The notes below the pieces were generated by a model. The model was not told where the DNA came from. It searched no databases and saw nothing but the letters and a program-made list of their open reading frames with translations. This document shows, piece by piece, positions 36,350 through 44,723 of a DNA stretch of 64,000 bases. The number at the start of each line of letters is the position of its first letter. The first letter of the stretch is position 1. Source of the stretch: Eubacteriales bacterium (GTDB lineage Bacteria; Bacillota; Clostridia; Lachnospirales; Lachnospiraceae). The position numbers and the translations under genes are program-made. Where the stretch lies: NCBI GenBank assembly GCA_030537935.1, contig JAUNUY010000005.1, positions 8,347 through 72,346 of the forward strand. Direction: 5' to 3'.

Positions 36350-36429
36350 AAGTGCTCCTTTCGGATATGTTGCCTGTATGATACTACAGATGGGCAAAAA
36401 AATAAAGGGGAAAGGATTTTCGAAAACGG

Positions 36430-36458
36430 TTGACATGGGGCATGAAAGGTGTTATTCT
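36430..36458 (+). promoter_or_regulatory. Candidate promoter of rplJL
   Basis: TTGACA, 17 nt, TATTCT. Confidence 0.5.
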
Positions 36459-36464
36459 ATCGAA

Positions 36465-36633
36465 AGCTGCCGTAGACAGTAGGTGCCGAAAGGCGTAAGC
36501 GCAGTCGCCTACCGAGGAAAGACAACATGACTATGTCCTCTTTGCGTGCGCGAAGAGGTTTTTTTATGCGACATTGTCCACAACTTTCTTAGCGATGCGT
36601 CGCGAGCAGTAAAAAAAATAAGGAGGTATACAG
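36465..36633 (+). promoter_or_regulatory. Ribosomal protein L10 leader-like 5' UTR with attenuator hairpin
   Basis: GCCGTAGACAGTAGGTGCC...GCCTACCGAGG resembles the Firmicute L10 leader. CCTCTTTGCGTGCGCGAAGAGG followed by TTTTTTT lies at 36537..36566. Confidence 0.55.
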
Positions 36634-37131
36634 GTGGCAAAGGTAGAACTGAAAAAACCGGTCATTGACGAAATCAAGGCACACTTGGACGGTGCCAAAA
36701 CGGTTGTCCTGGCGGATTATCTGGGCTTGACCGTAGAAGAAGATACGAATCTTCGTCGTCAACTGCGTGAGAACAACGTCATTTACAAGGTGTACAAAAA
36801 CACCATGGTAAACTTTGCAATCAAAGGGACGGAGTTTGAAGCGCTGTCGAAAGACCTGCACGGTGCAACGGCTATCGCAATCTCAAAAGAAGATGCGACA
36901 ATCGCAGCACGTGTACTGAACAATTTCGCCAAGACCGCACCGGAGTTGGAACTCAAAGCCGGCATTGTGGAAGGCGAATATTATGACCATGAAGGAATTC
37001 AAGTAATCGCGAACATTCCTTCACGTGAAGAGTTACTTGCCAAGTTCTTGGGAAGTCTCAAGGCGCCGGTGACGAACTTCGCGCTGGCCGTTAAAGCGAT
37101 TGCCGACAAAAAAGAGCAAGAGGGAAATTAA
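36634..37131 (+). CDS. rplJ: 50S ribosomal protein L10
   Basis: GTG start after AAGGAGG. The sequence (VVLADYLGLTVEEDTNLRRQLRENNVIYKVYKNT) is typical of L10. Confidence 0.95.
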   Translation: MAKVELKKPVIDEIKAHLDGAKTVVLADYLGLTVEEDTNLRRQLRENNVIYKVYKNTMVNFAIKGTEFEALSKDLHGATAIAISKEDATIAARVLNNFAKTAPELELKAGIVEGEYYDHEGIQVIANIPSREELLAKFLGSLKAPVTNFALAVKAIADKKEQEGN

Positions 37132-37159
37132 TCCCGAATAAATTTAGGAGGAAATAATC

Positions 37160-37531
37160 ATGGCAAAATTAACGAATGCGGAAATTATTGAAGCGTTGAA
37201 AGAGCTCTCCATCTTGGAGCTCAGAGATTTGGTAAAAGAATGTGAAGAAGAATTCGGTGTCGTAGCGGCAGGTGCCGTTGTAGCAGCGGCAGGTGCAGCA
37301 GATGCCGGCGCAGCTGAAAAAGACGAATTCGATGTAGAGTTGACGGAAGCGGGACCGAACAAGGTAAAGATTATCAAGGCGGTTCGCGAAATCACGGGCG
37401 CAGGTCTGAAAGATGCCAAGGATATGGTAGAGGCTGCACCGAAAGTGATCAAGGAAGCTTGCGGCAAGGACGAAGCGGAAGAAATCAAGAAGAAGCTGGA
37501 AGAAGAAGGCGCAAAGATTACGCTGAAATAG
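37160..37531 (+). CDS. rplL: 50S ribosomal protein L7/L12
   Basis: Ala-rich hinge and C-terminal [22 protein letters not shown]. Confidence 0.95.
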   Translation: MAKLTNAEIIEALKELSILELRDLVKECEEEFGVVAAGAVVAAAGAADAGAAEKDEFDVELTEAGPNKVKIIKAVREITGAGLKDAKDMVEAAPKVIKEACGKDEAEEIKKKLEEEGAKITLK

Positions 37532-37546
37532 TTCAGATTCTACAAA

Positions 37547-37575
37547 AGTCGGGGGATGCCTCCGACTTTTTTATT
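37547..37575 (+). terminator. Rho-independent terminator
   Basis: AGTCGGGGG-ATG-CCTCCGACT followed by TTTTTTATTTT. Confidence 0.7.
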
Positions 37576-37660
37576 TTAAAATTAAAATGGACATCTTGAC
37601 AGGCAGACTGTCGGGATGTCCATTTTTGATCATGCATAACGTGCCCGTAGGGGGTTGCCG

Positions 37661-39163
37661 TCATTGTTCCATATTTGTCGTAAACTGTCGGGTGACGTCT
37701 ACGGCATGATGCCAACGTGCCATCATGGCATTCGCCTGTTCCGGCGGCATCTGCGGCAGGAAGGTTTGTACGGGCAGGGGCGAGAAGTCCTGTATTTTCT
37801 TTAAGCCCAAGCCCATAACGGCCGCCATGGCGGCACCGAGTGCCGTCGCCTCCACACAGTCAGCCCTTCGGACGGGGGCTTGCAGCAAATCGGCCTGGAG
37901 TTGAAGGAGAACGGGGTTGGCGCTGGCACCGCCGTCCACGCGAAGGGAGCGGATGGTTTGGCCGGAAGCGCGGGTCATGGCATCGCAGACATCTTTGACC
38001 TGGGTACACATGGCCTCGAGTGCCGCTCGTACCAGATGTGCCTTGGTCGTACCGCGCGTCAAATTCAGGATACCGCCGCGACATTGTTCGTCCCAGTAGG
38101 GGCAGGCCAGACCCGTAAAAGCGGGCACGATGACAACGCCGCCGCTGTCCGATACGCTGCCCGCGAGTCGGGCACTGTCGGCCGCCGTTTCAATGAGACC
38201 AAGACCGTCACGCAACCACTGGATAAGCGAACCGGAGACAAAGATGGCTCCTTCCAGTGCAAAGTGCGGGGTGTCGTCCAGTTTATAGGCCACCGTTTGC
38301 AGGAGACCGTCCGTTGCGTTGGCCCGTTGCGTGCCCGTGTTCATCAGCAGGAAGCCGCCCGTTCCGTACGTATTCTTGATATCACCGGGGCGGAAACAGC
38401 GCTGTCCGAGGAGGGCCGCCTGTTGGTCTCCAATCAATCCCGTAATCGGCACTCGACGGCCGAAGAATGCCGTCGGCGTCGTTTCCGCCAGAATACCGCA
38501 GTTGTCCACGATTTCCGGGAGGGCATGCATCGGAATATCAAAGAGTGCACAAAGTTCGGGATCCCATGTCAGTGTATTGATGTTGAAGAGGAGGGTCCGG
38601 GAGGCATTCGTGATGTCCGTGATGTGACGGGTGCCTCCGCTCAGATGCCATACGGCCCAGCTGTCCACCGTGCCGATAAGGAGATCACCTTTGCGCAAGC
38701 CGTCGGCGACATCCGGTCGCCGGGACGTAATCCAGCGGATTTTCGTCGCACTGAAATACGGGTCGATGCGCAGTCCCGTTCGTGTCCGAATCATTTCTTC
38801 GCAGCCGGCGTCCCGTAGGTTGCGACAGATATCCTCCGACTGTCGGGACTGCCAGACGATGGCCGGATAGACGGGGAGTCCCGTGTGCCGGTCCCAGATG
38901 ATGACGGTCTCTCGCTGATTCGTAATGCCGATACCGCGACAGGCGGCGGGTGCCACCCCGGCCTGCAGGACGGCTTCTTCCATCACGGCGGACAAACTTC
39001 TGTGGATGGCACCGGCATCTTGTTCCACATGGCCCGGTGCGGGGAAGGAAGGACGGATGGGTGTTCGCGCCGTGCCGAGAATATTAAAATCATCATCGAA
39101 AATCAGGGCTCGCGTAGAAGTCGTTCCCTGGTCGATGGCGATAAGATAGGGCGTATCTTTCAT
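37661..39163 (-). CDS. glpK: Glycerol kinase
   Basis: YLIAIDQGTTSTRALIFD, GITNQRETVIIWD, IDPYFSATKIRW and FGTGGF-like NTYGTGGFLLMNTG. Confidence 0.9.
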   Translation of the reverse strand: MKDTPYLIAIDQGTTSTRALIFDDDFNILGTARTPIRPSFPAPGHVEQDAGAIHRSLSAVMEEAVLQAGVAPAACRGIGITNQRETVIIWDRHTGLPVYPAIVWQSRQSEDICRNLRDAGCEEMIRTRTGLRIDPYFSATKIRWITSRRPDVADGLRKGDLLIGTVDSWAVWHLSGGTRHITDITNASRTLLFNINTLTWDPELCALFDIPMHALPEIVDNCGILAETTPTAFFGRRVPITGLIGDQQAALLGQRCFRPGDIKNTYGTGGFLLMNTGTQRANATDGLLQTVAYKLDDTPHFALEGAIFVSGSLIQWLRDGLGLIETAADSARLAGSVSDSGGVVIVPAFTGLACPYWDEQCRGGILNLTRGTTKAHLVRAALEAMCTQVKDVCDAMTRASGQTIRSLRVDGGASANPVLLQLQADLLQAPVRRADCVEATALGAAMAAVMGLGLKKIQDFSPLPVQTFLPQMPPEQANAMMARWHHAVDVTRQFTTNMEQ

Positions 39164-39607
39164 CTAAACACGTCCCGTGGAACCGAAGCCGCCCGTCCCG
39201 CGGTCCGTTTCCGATAAGTCATCCACACATTCAAACACACCCTGTATATAGGGCATAAAAACCAATTGGGCAATCCGCTCTCCATCTGCAAGGGTGACCG
39301 GCTCGGTGCCGTGATTACGTAAGGGAACCATGATTTCACCGCGGTAATCACTGTCGATGACACCGACCTTGTTGGCCGGGGCGATTCCCCGTTTGGCGGC
39401 CAAACCGCTGCGGGCAAAAACGAGACCGACGAGACCTTCCGGAATATGTAGGGCGATACCGGTATGGACCATCACCGTTTCGCCGGGGGCGACGGTCACA
39501 TCCGCACCGTGACAGAGATGCAAATCCGCCCCGGCGGATTCCCGGGTGCCGTAGACGGGTACGATGGCCGCCGGATTCAGTTTTTTCAGCTTTACATTTG
39601 TAATCAT
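39164..39607 (-). CDS. dut: dUTP diphosphatase
   Basis: Start at ATG 39607 (AAGGAGG RBS). YGTRESAGADLH, ARSGLAAKRGI, GVIDSDYRGEI and RGTGGFGSTG. Confidence 0.9.
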   Translation of the reverse strand: MITNVKLKKLNPAAIVPVYGTRESAGADLHLCHGADVTVAPGETVMVHTGIALHIPEGLVGLVFARSGLAAKRGIAPANKVGVIDSDYRGEIMVPLRNHGTEPVTLADGERIAQLVFMPYIQGVFECVDDLSETDRGTGGFGSTGRV

Positions 39608-39635
39608 GGAACCTCCTTGACGCTTTGCGTCGAAT

Positions 39636-40748
39636 TTAAAGTGCATTTAAAGTCAAATCATCCGGTCCGATCCAACCGCGTTTGCGGAAGATTTGACCGA
39701 TGAGGGGTGTCAATATGGCGGGCAGCAGGATGCAGATGCAGAACAGACCGAACCAGTCGGTACCGGTCGGCCGGAGTATCGTCGCGCCGGCAGCCACCGC
39801 CTGCTCGACGGGAGCGAACCAGCCGGTGATGACACCGATGGGGCCGACAAATCCGCAGGTACCCATCCCGGAGGAGATGGGGGCACCGTTCATTTCCAGT
39901 CGGAAAACACAAGTCGCAATCGGCCCGGTAATCGCCGAAACGAGGGTGGGCGGTATCCATATACGCGGGTTACGCAAGATGTTCTTCATTTGTAACATGC
40001 TCGTGCCGATACCTTGGGAAACGATACCGCTCCAACGGTTTTCACGAAAGGAGAGGACCGCGAAGCCGACCATCTGCGCACAGCAACCGGCCACCGCCGC
40101 GCCGCCCGCCAGACCGGTAAGACCCAATGCCGCACAGATGGCGGCGGAAGAAATGGGCAGGGTCAGGGCAACGCCCATCAGGACGGAAACGATGATGCCC
40201 ATGAGGAACGGTTGCTGCGTCGTGGCCCACATGACGGCTCGGCCGAAACCGTTGGCCGCGGCGCCGATTCCGGGGGCCCACCAGAGGGACAGCAGTGCGC
40301 CCGTCAGCACCGTGACCGTCGGTGTGACCAAGATGTCAATCCGCGTTTCACCGGCGACGATTTTACCTGCTTCCGTGGCAAAGAGCGTTACAATCAGAAC
40401 GGCCAGTGGACCGCCCGCACCACCCAAGGTGTTTGCCGCGATACCGACGGCGCAGAGCGAAAACAGAACGGTTCGCGGCGCCCGCAGGGCATAGCCTATG
40501 GAGATGGCCATCGCCGGTCCCGCCGCCGCCATGGCAAAGGTGCCGGCCTCTATTAGAAGCCGGTACGGTGCGGTCGGTCCGAAGGCGGTCGTCAGCTGCT
40601 CACCGAGCGTTTTGATGATGGTACCGGTCAGCAACGAGGCGAAGAGCCCCAATGCCATGGCGCCGACCGCATCCAGCGCGTAACGTTGGAATGAAATTTC
40701 GATATTTTTCCGCTTCAGGAACGCAATGATGCGTTCTGATCTTTTCAT
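39636..40748 (-). CDS. PTS EIIC-like membrane protein (stand-alone)
   Basis: Start at ATG 40748 (GGGAGG RBS). FQRYALDAVGAMALGLFASLLTGTIIKTLG is typical of a family annotated as PTS transporter subunit IIC; about 10 TMs. Confidence 0.65.
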   Translation of the reverse strand: MKRSERIIAFLKRKNIEISFQRYALDAVGAMALGLFASLLTGTIIKTLGEQLTTAFGPTAPYRLLIEAGTFAMAAAGPAMAISIGYALRAPRTVLFSLCAVGIAANTLGGAGGPLAVLIVTLFATEAGKIVAGETRIDILVTPTVTVLTGALLSLWWAPGIGAAANGFGRAVMWATTQQPFLMGIIVSVLMGVALTLPISSAAICAALGLTGLAGGAAVAGCCAQMVGFAVLSFRENRWSGIVSQGIGTSMLQMKNILRNPRIWIPPTLVSAITGPIATCVFRLEMNGAPISSGMGTCGFVGPIGVITGWFAPVEQAVAAGATILRPTGTDWFGLFCICILLPAILTPLIGQIFRKRGWIGPDDLTLNAL

Positions 40749-40839
40749 AATGCCTCCCTTGTATCCGCCGTCTTTGAAAAACGGCATGCCGTGGCTATAT
40801 TCTAGCAAAATTACCGGACGGATTCAATCGCAATTCCAC

Positions 40840-40869
40840 TTGAACTGTGATTCCCGTTCGGTGTATAAT
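40840..40869 (+). promoter_or_regulatory. Candidate promoter of the hemC-like/deoC/PTS operon
   Basis: TTGAAC, 18 nt, TATAAT preceded by TG (extended -10). Confidence 0.5.
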
Positions 40870-40892
40870 GAATCTGTGTAAAGGAGGAAGCA

Positions 40893-41759
40893 GTGAAAGA
40901 AGACGGAGTAAGGGTTGCGGCCACGTTGGATGACCGTGCAAGCTATCTCAATGCAAAACATGTGACGGAAATGCTTGAAACGCCGGTTGAGATTTTCAGA
41001 ATGACGGCGGATCAGCTTTTGCAGAAGGTGGCGGACGGTTCGGTAGACTTTGCCGTGGCGGATGCGGCCAAACTCGGCGAACCGTTGCCGGAAGAGTTGG
41101 TGGTGTCGGCCTGTTTGAAACGGCGCCCCGCCGGCGAAATGATGGTATTCCGCACGGTATCGGCACTGGATGATTTGCCGGTACGAGCGCATGTCGGGAC
41201 CTATCGTGCGGCATCGGCCACGCAGATGAAGCGTTGGCGTGCCGATGTCATGGTGGATGTCATTGCCGGGCGGACGGAAGATTGTCTCGACCGTTTTGCC
41301 GAGGGCGATTTCGACGCGTTCATCTTACCGGAAGCGGATTGTTTGCGGCTGGCCCTGAAGGGCATCATGCGGCATGAAGTCCTGCCCGGACCGGTGTTCA
41401 CCGGACCTGCGGGTGCCGGTATCACATTGATTGTCGGGCGCGAAGGGATGTGCTTACCCCGGATATTCGGTACACTGCATGATGAAGATACGTATCGGGC
41501 CTACCTGGCGGAGATGGCATTTTGCCGAGCCGTCGGCGATGCGGATGCGTTATATTCCGTTTACGCATGGCAGGGTGAAGCAGCTCTGCAGATTATGGCG
41601 CAGGTGTCCGACGCGGCGGGACGATTTCACTATGATTGTTCGGTGAGCGGCCCGAAACCCGGAGAGGCGGGCCGGCGTCTTTATGAACGGTTACTGAAGA
41701 TGGGAGCGGGCAAGCATGTATTTTGGCCTGTCCGTTCGGACGGAAAGGACAATGTATGA
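40893..41759 (+). CDS. Hydroxymethylbilane-synthase (HemC)-fold protein with diverged active-site motifs
   Basis: GTG start after AGGAGG. Scaffold matches by eye are DFAVADAAKL, LPEELVVSACLKRRPAGEMMVF, VGTYRAASATQMKR and DFDAFILPEADCLRLAL. The catalytic Arg/Ser and cofactor-Cys motifs I remember are not conserved. Confidence 0.5.
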   Translation: MKEDGVRVAATLDDRASYLNAKHVTEMLETPVEIFRMTADQLLQKVADGSVDFAVADAAKLGEPLPEELVVSACLKRRPAGEMMVFRTVSALDDLPVRAHVGTYRAASATQMKRWRADVMVDVIAGRTEDCLDRFAEGDFDAFILPEADCLRLALKGIMRHEVLPGPVFTGPAGAGITLIVGREGMCLPRIFGTLHDEDTYRAYLAEMAFCRAVGDADALYSVYAWQGEAALQIMAQVSDAAGRFHYDCSVSGPKPGEAGRRLYERLLKMGAGKHVFWPVRSDGKDNV

Positions 41760-42400
41760 CATTAAACCGACACATCGATCACACCCTGCTTTCCCCGGTG
41801 GCGCGGGAAGCGGAGATACGACGTTTGTGCGAAGAGGCCAAACACTATCATTTCAAGTCCGTCTGTGTGAACGGTGTTTATACGGCATTCGCCGCGGCGA
41901 TGCTGAAAGATACGGATGTCTCAGTTTGTACAGTTATCGGCTTCCCTTTAGGGCAGGGCGCCAGCGAGGCGAAGGCGTCGGAAGCGGCCCTGGCCGTGCG
42001 TGACGGTGCAGCTGAGGTGGATATGGTGATGAACATCGCCAAACTGAAAGATAAAGAGGACGGTTACGTGCTCAACGACATCCGTGCGGTACGGGAGGCC
42101 ATCGGTCCGGAGACGGTTCTGAAGGTTATCATTGAAACCGCCTTATTGACGGACGGAGAGAAAATCCGCGCATGTAAGCTGGCAGTCGACGCCGGTGCGG
42201 ATTACGTGAAGACGTCGACGGGTTTTAACGGCGGTGGTGCAACGGCATCGGATGTCCGTTTGATGGCGGATACGGTCGGTGACCGGGCGAAGGTCAAGGC
42301 TTCCGGCGGCATTCGAAATCGCAGGGCGGCGGAAGAGATGATTCGGGCCGGTGCGGATCGCATCGGTGCGTCGGCGTCGGTAACCATTGTCTCGGAATAG
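41756..42400 (+). CDS. deoC: Deoxyribose-phosphate aldolase
   Basis: Start at ATG 41756 (ATGA overlap). IDHTLLSP, VCVNG, VCTVIGFPLG, VKTSTGF and KASGGIR. Confidence 0.9.
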   Translation: MTLNRHIDHTLLSPVAREAEIRRLCEEAKHYHFKSVCVNGVYTAFAAAMLKDTDVSVCTVIGFPLGQGASEAKASEAALAVRDGAAEVDMVMNIAKLKDKEDGYVLNDIRAVREAIGPETVLKVIIETALLTDGEKIRACKLAVDAGADYVKTSTGFNGGGATASDVRLMADTVGDRAKVKASGGIRNRRAAEEMIRAGADRIGASASVTIVSE

Positions 42401-42412
42401 AGAGGAGCTTCC

Positions 42413-42829
42413 ATGTTCAATGAACGAAATGTACAGGTTGTTCAAAGGGTGACGGACTGGCAAGAGGCGATACGCCTGGCGGCGACGCCGCTTGTGGAAG
42501 ATGGCAGTATCCGTCCGTCTTATGTGGACGGGATGATTGAATCCGTGAAAGAATTGGGTTTCTACATCGTCTTGGATGAGGGACTCGCCATGCCGCATGC
42601 ACGGCCGGAGGCGGGCGTCATTCGGGGCGGCGTCTCGTTCATGAAGGTCAACGAGGCGGTGGACTTCGGCGGGAATCCCGTACATCTGATTTTCGTTTTG
42701 GCGGCGGAAAATGATGATGCCCACATCGAACGGTTGACGGCATTGATGGAGTTGTTTCAGGATACGGAACGGATGGACGGTCTGCGCAGTGCGGACGATT
42801 TGGCAACGGTAAAGCGTATTTTAATTTAG
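42413..42829 (+). CDS. PTS EIIA component (ascorbate/mannitol type 2)
   Basis: 138 aa, GLAMPHARPEAGV (phosphorylatable His context). Confidence 0.85.
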   Translation: MFNERNVQVVQRVTDWQEAIRLAATPLVEDGSIRPSYVDGMIESVKELGFYIVLDEGLAMPHARPEAGVIRGGVSFMKVNEAVDFGGNPVHLIFVLAAENDDAHIERLTALMELFQDTERMDGLRSADDLATVKRILI

Positions 42830-42839
42830 GAGGTCAGAG

Positions 42840-43106
42840 ATGAAAATTATTGCGGTATGCGGACATGGCTTGGGTTCAAGCTTCATGTTGGAAATGAATA
42901 TTAAAAAGGCTTTGGCAGCCATCGGCGTCGAGGCGGAAGTGGAACATTCGGACTTGGGTTCGGTTCGTGCGGAAGATGCGGATTATTTCGTCATGGGACA
43001 CGACATCGCGGGCAGTGCCCCGGTACCGGCGGAAAAAGTGATTGCACTGAAGAGTATCATCGACAAGGCGGAACTGGAAGAAAAGTTACGCGAAACGTTA
43101 GCGTGA
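42840..43106 (+). CDS. PTS EIIB component (ascorbate/UlaB type)
   Basis: 88 aa, MKIIAVCGHGLGSSFML (active-site Cys). Confidence 0.85.
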   Translation: MKIIAVCGHGLGSSFMLEMNIKKALAAIGVEAEVEHSDLGSVRAEDADYFVMGHDIAGSAPVPAEKVIALKSIIDKAELEEKLRETLA

Positions 43107-43118
43107 AAGGAGTAGCAA

Positions 43119-44480
43119 ATGCACGGATTTCTGAAATTTCTGGTCGATTTATTAAAGGTTCCGGCCATTCTGGTCGGTCTCATTGCGTTGATCGGTTTGC
43201 TGCTGCAGAAGAAACCGTTTGTGGACGTGGTACGTGGTACCATTAAAACGATTCTCGGCTTTCTGGTACTGGGCGGCGGTGCCGGTTTGGTCGTATCTTC
43301 CCTGGAACCGATGGGGAAGATGTTTGAACAGGGCTTTCACATTACGGGTGTCATCCCGAATAACGAGGCCATCATCTCCATGGCATTGAAGGATATCGGT
43401 ACGGCGACGGCCTTAATCATGGCGTTGGGTATGGTCATGAACATCCTCATTGCCCGGTTTACCCGTCTGAAATATATCTTCCTGACGGGCCATCACACGC
43501 TGTACATGGCGTGTATGATTGCCATCATGCTGAAGGTGGCGGGTTTTGAAGGAACGTTGCAAGTCGTTGTTGGTGCGATGATTCTGGGCCTGGTGATGGC
43601 ATTCTTCCCGGCACTGGCACAACCGTTCATGCGGCGGATTACGGGTACGGACGACGTGGGATTCGGTCATTTTTCGACCCTCGGTTACGTACTCGCCGGC
43701 GGTGTCGGCAAGTTGGTCGGTAAGGGTTCGAAGTCAACGGAAGAAATGAAGTTGCCGAAGAATCTCGGCTTTTTACGGGACAGCTCGGTATCCATTTCGC
43801 TGACCATGATGATTATCTACATCATCCTGGCCATCGTTGCCGGTTCGGATTTTGTCGGCAAAGAACTTTCCGGCGGTGATAACTTCATCATCTATGCCGT
43901 GATTCAGGCCATCTCGTTCGCAGCGGGCGTATTCATCATCTTACAGGGTGTACGCCTCATCTTGAATGAGATTGTACCGGCATTTACCGGTATTTCCGAA
44001 AAACTGGTGCCCAATGCCAAGCCGGCGTTGGACTGTCCGATCGTATTTCCGTATGCACCGAATGCGGTACTGATCGGCTTCATTTTCAGTTTCCTGGGCG
44101 GTATCGTGGGGATGTTCATTCTCGGCGGTCTGCACTGGACGTTGATTTTACCGGGTGTCGTACCGCACTTTTTCTGCGGTGCCACCTCGGGTGTTTTCGG
44201 TAATGCGACGGGCGGTCGCCGTGGTGCCATGATCGGTGCTTTTGCGAACGGTCTGTTGCTGACCTTTTTACCGGCCATTCTCTTCCCGCTGCTGGGCGGT
44301 CTGGGCTATGAGAATACGACGTTCTCCGATGCCGACTTCGCAACCTTGGGCATCATCTTGGGTTATGCGTCGAAGGCACTGACGCCGGTGGTCATTACGG
44401 TGATTATCTGCGTGATTATCGCATTACTGGTCGTATACAACTATGCGCGTAAACCGAAAGTAAACGCGGAAACGAAATAA
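43119..44480 (+). CDS. PTS EIIC component (UlaA/SgaT family)
   Basis: 453 aa, polytopic. ILVGLIALIGLLLQKKPF..VVRGTIKTILGFLVLGGGA is typical of UlaA. Confidence 0.9.
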   Translation: MHGFLKFLVDLLKVPAILVGLIALIGLLLQKKPFVDVVRGTIKTILGFLVLGGGAGLVVSSLEPMGKMFEQGFHITGVIPNNEAIISMALKDIGTATALIMALGMVMNILIARFTRLKYIFLTGHHTLYMACMIAIMLKVAGFEGTLQVVVGAMILGLVMAFFPALAQPFMRRITGTDDVGFGHFSTLGYVLAGGVGKLVGKGSKSTEEMKLPKNLGFLRDSSVSISLTMMIIYIILAIVAGSDFVGKELSGGDNFIIYAVIQAISFAAGVFIILQGVRLILNEIVPAFTGISEKLVPNAKPALDCPIVFPYAPNAVLIGFIFSFLGGIVGMFILGGLHWTLILPGVVPHFFCGATSGVFGNATGGRRGAMIGAFANGLLLTFLPAILFPLLGGLGYENTTFSDADFATLGIILGYASKALTPVVITVIICVIIALLVVYNYARKPKVNAETK

Positions 44481-44539
44481 TTGACCGGGGAACTCGACGG
44501 GACGGAGGTTCCGTAACGAGGTTTTAAATGGTCTTCTAT

Positions 44540-44616
44540 AAAAACGGACGGCTTTTGCCGACGGACTGACGGGTGCATTTGACCTGTCGGCGTCGGTACA
44601 AAGCCGTCCGTTTTTA
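44540..44616 (+). terminator. Long compound hairpin terminator
   Basis: AAAAACGGACGGCTTT...AAAGCCGTCCGTTTTT enclosing further inner pairings. Confidence 0.7.
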
Positions 44617-44645
44617 ACGTATGGGCGAAAATCCGGGAATAAGAC

Positions 44646-44674
44646 TTGCATCTTTTGATAAACTGTGCTATCCT
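44646..44674 (+). promoter_or_regulatory. Candidate his operon promoter
   Basis: TTGCAT, 17 nt, TATCCT (with TGC upstream), about 50 nt before the hisZG ATG. Confidence 0.45.
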
Positions 44675-44723
44675 AACCACGTCATTAAATTAGCATGGTA
44701 GCACGATAAAGCAAAGGAGTGAC

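Noticed and set aside
44481-44723. Possible T-box or attenuator in front of the his operon
   Set aside because: The long hairpin at 44540..44616 is best read as the terminator of the upstream PTS operon. The candidate promoter leaves only about 50 nt of leader, too short for a T-box.
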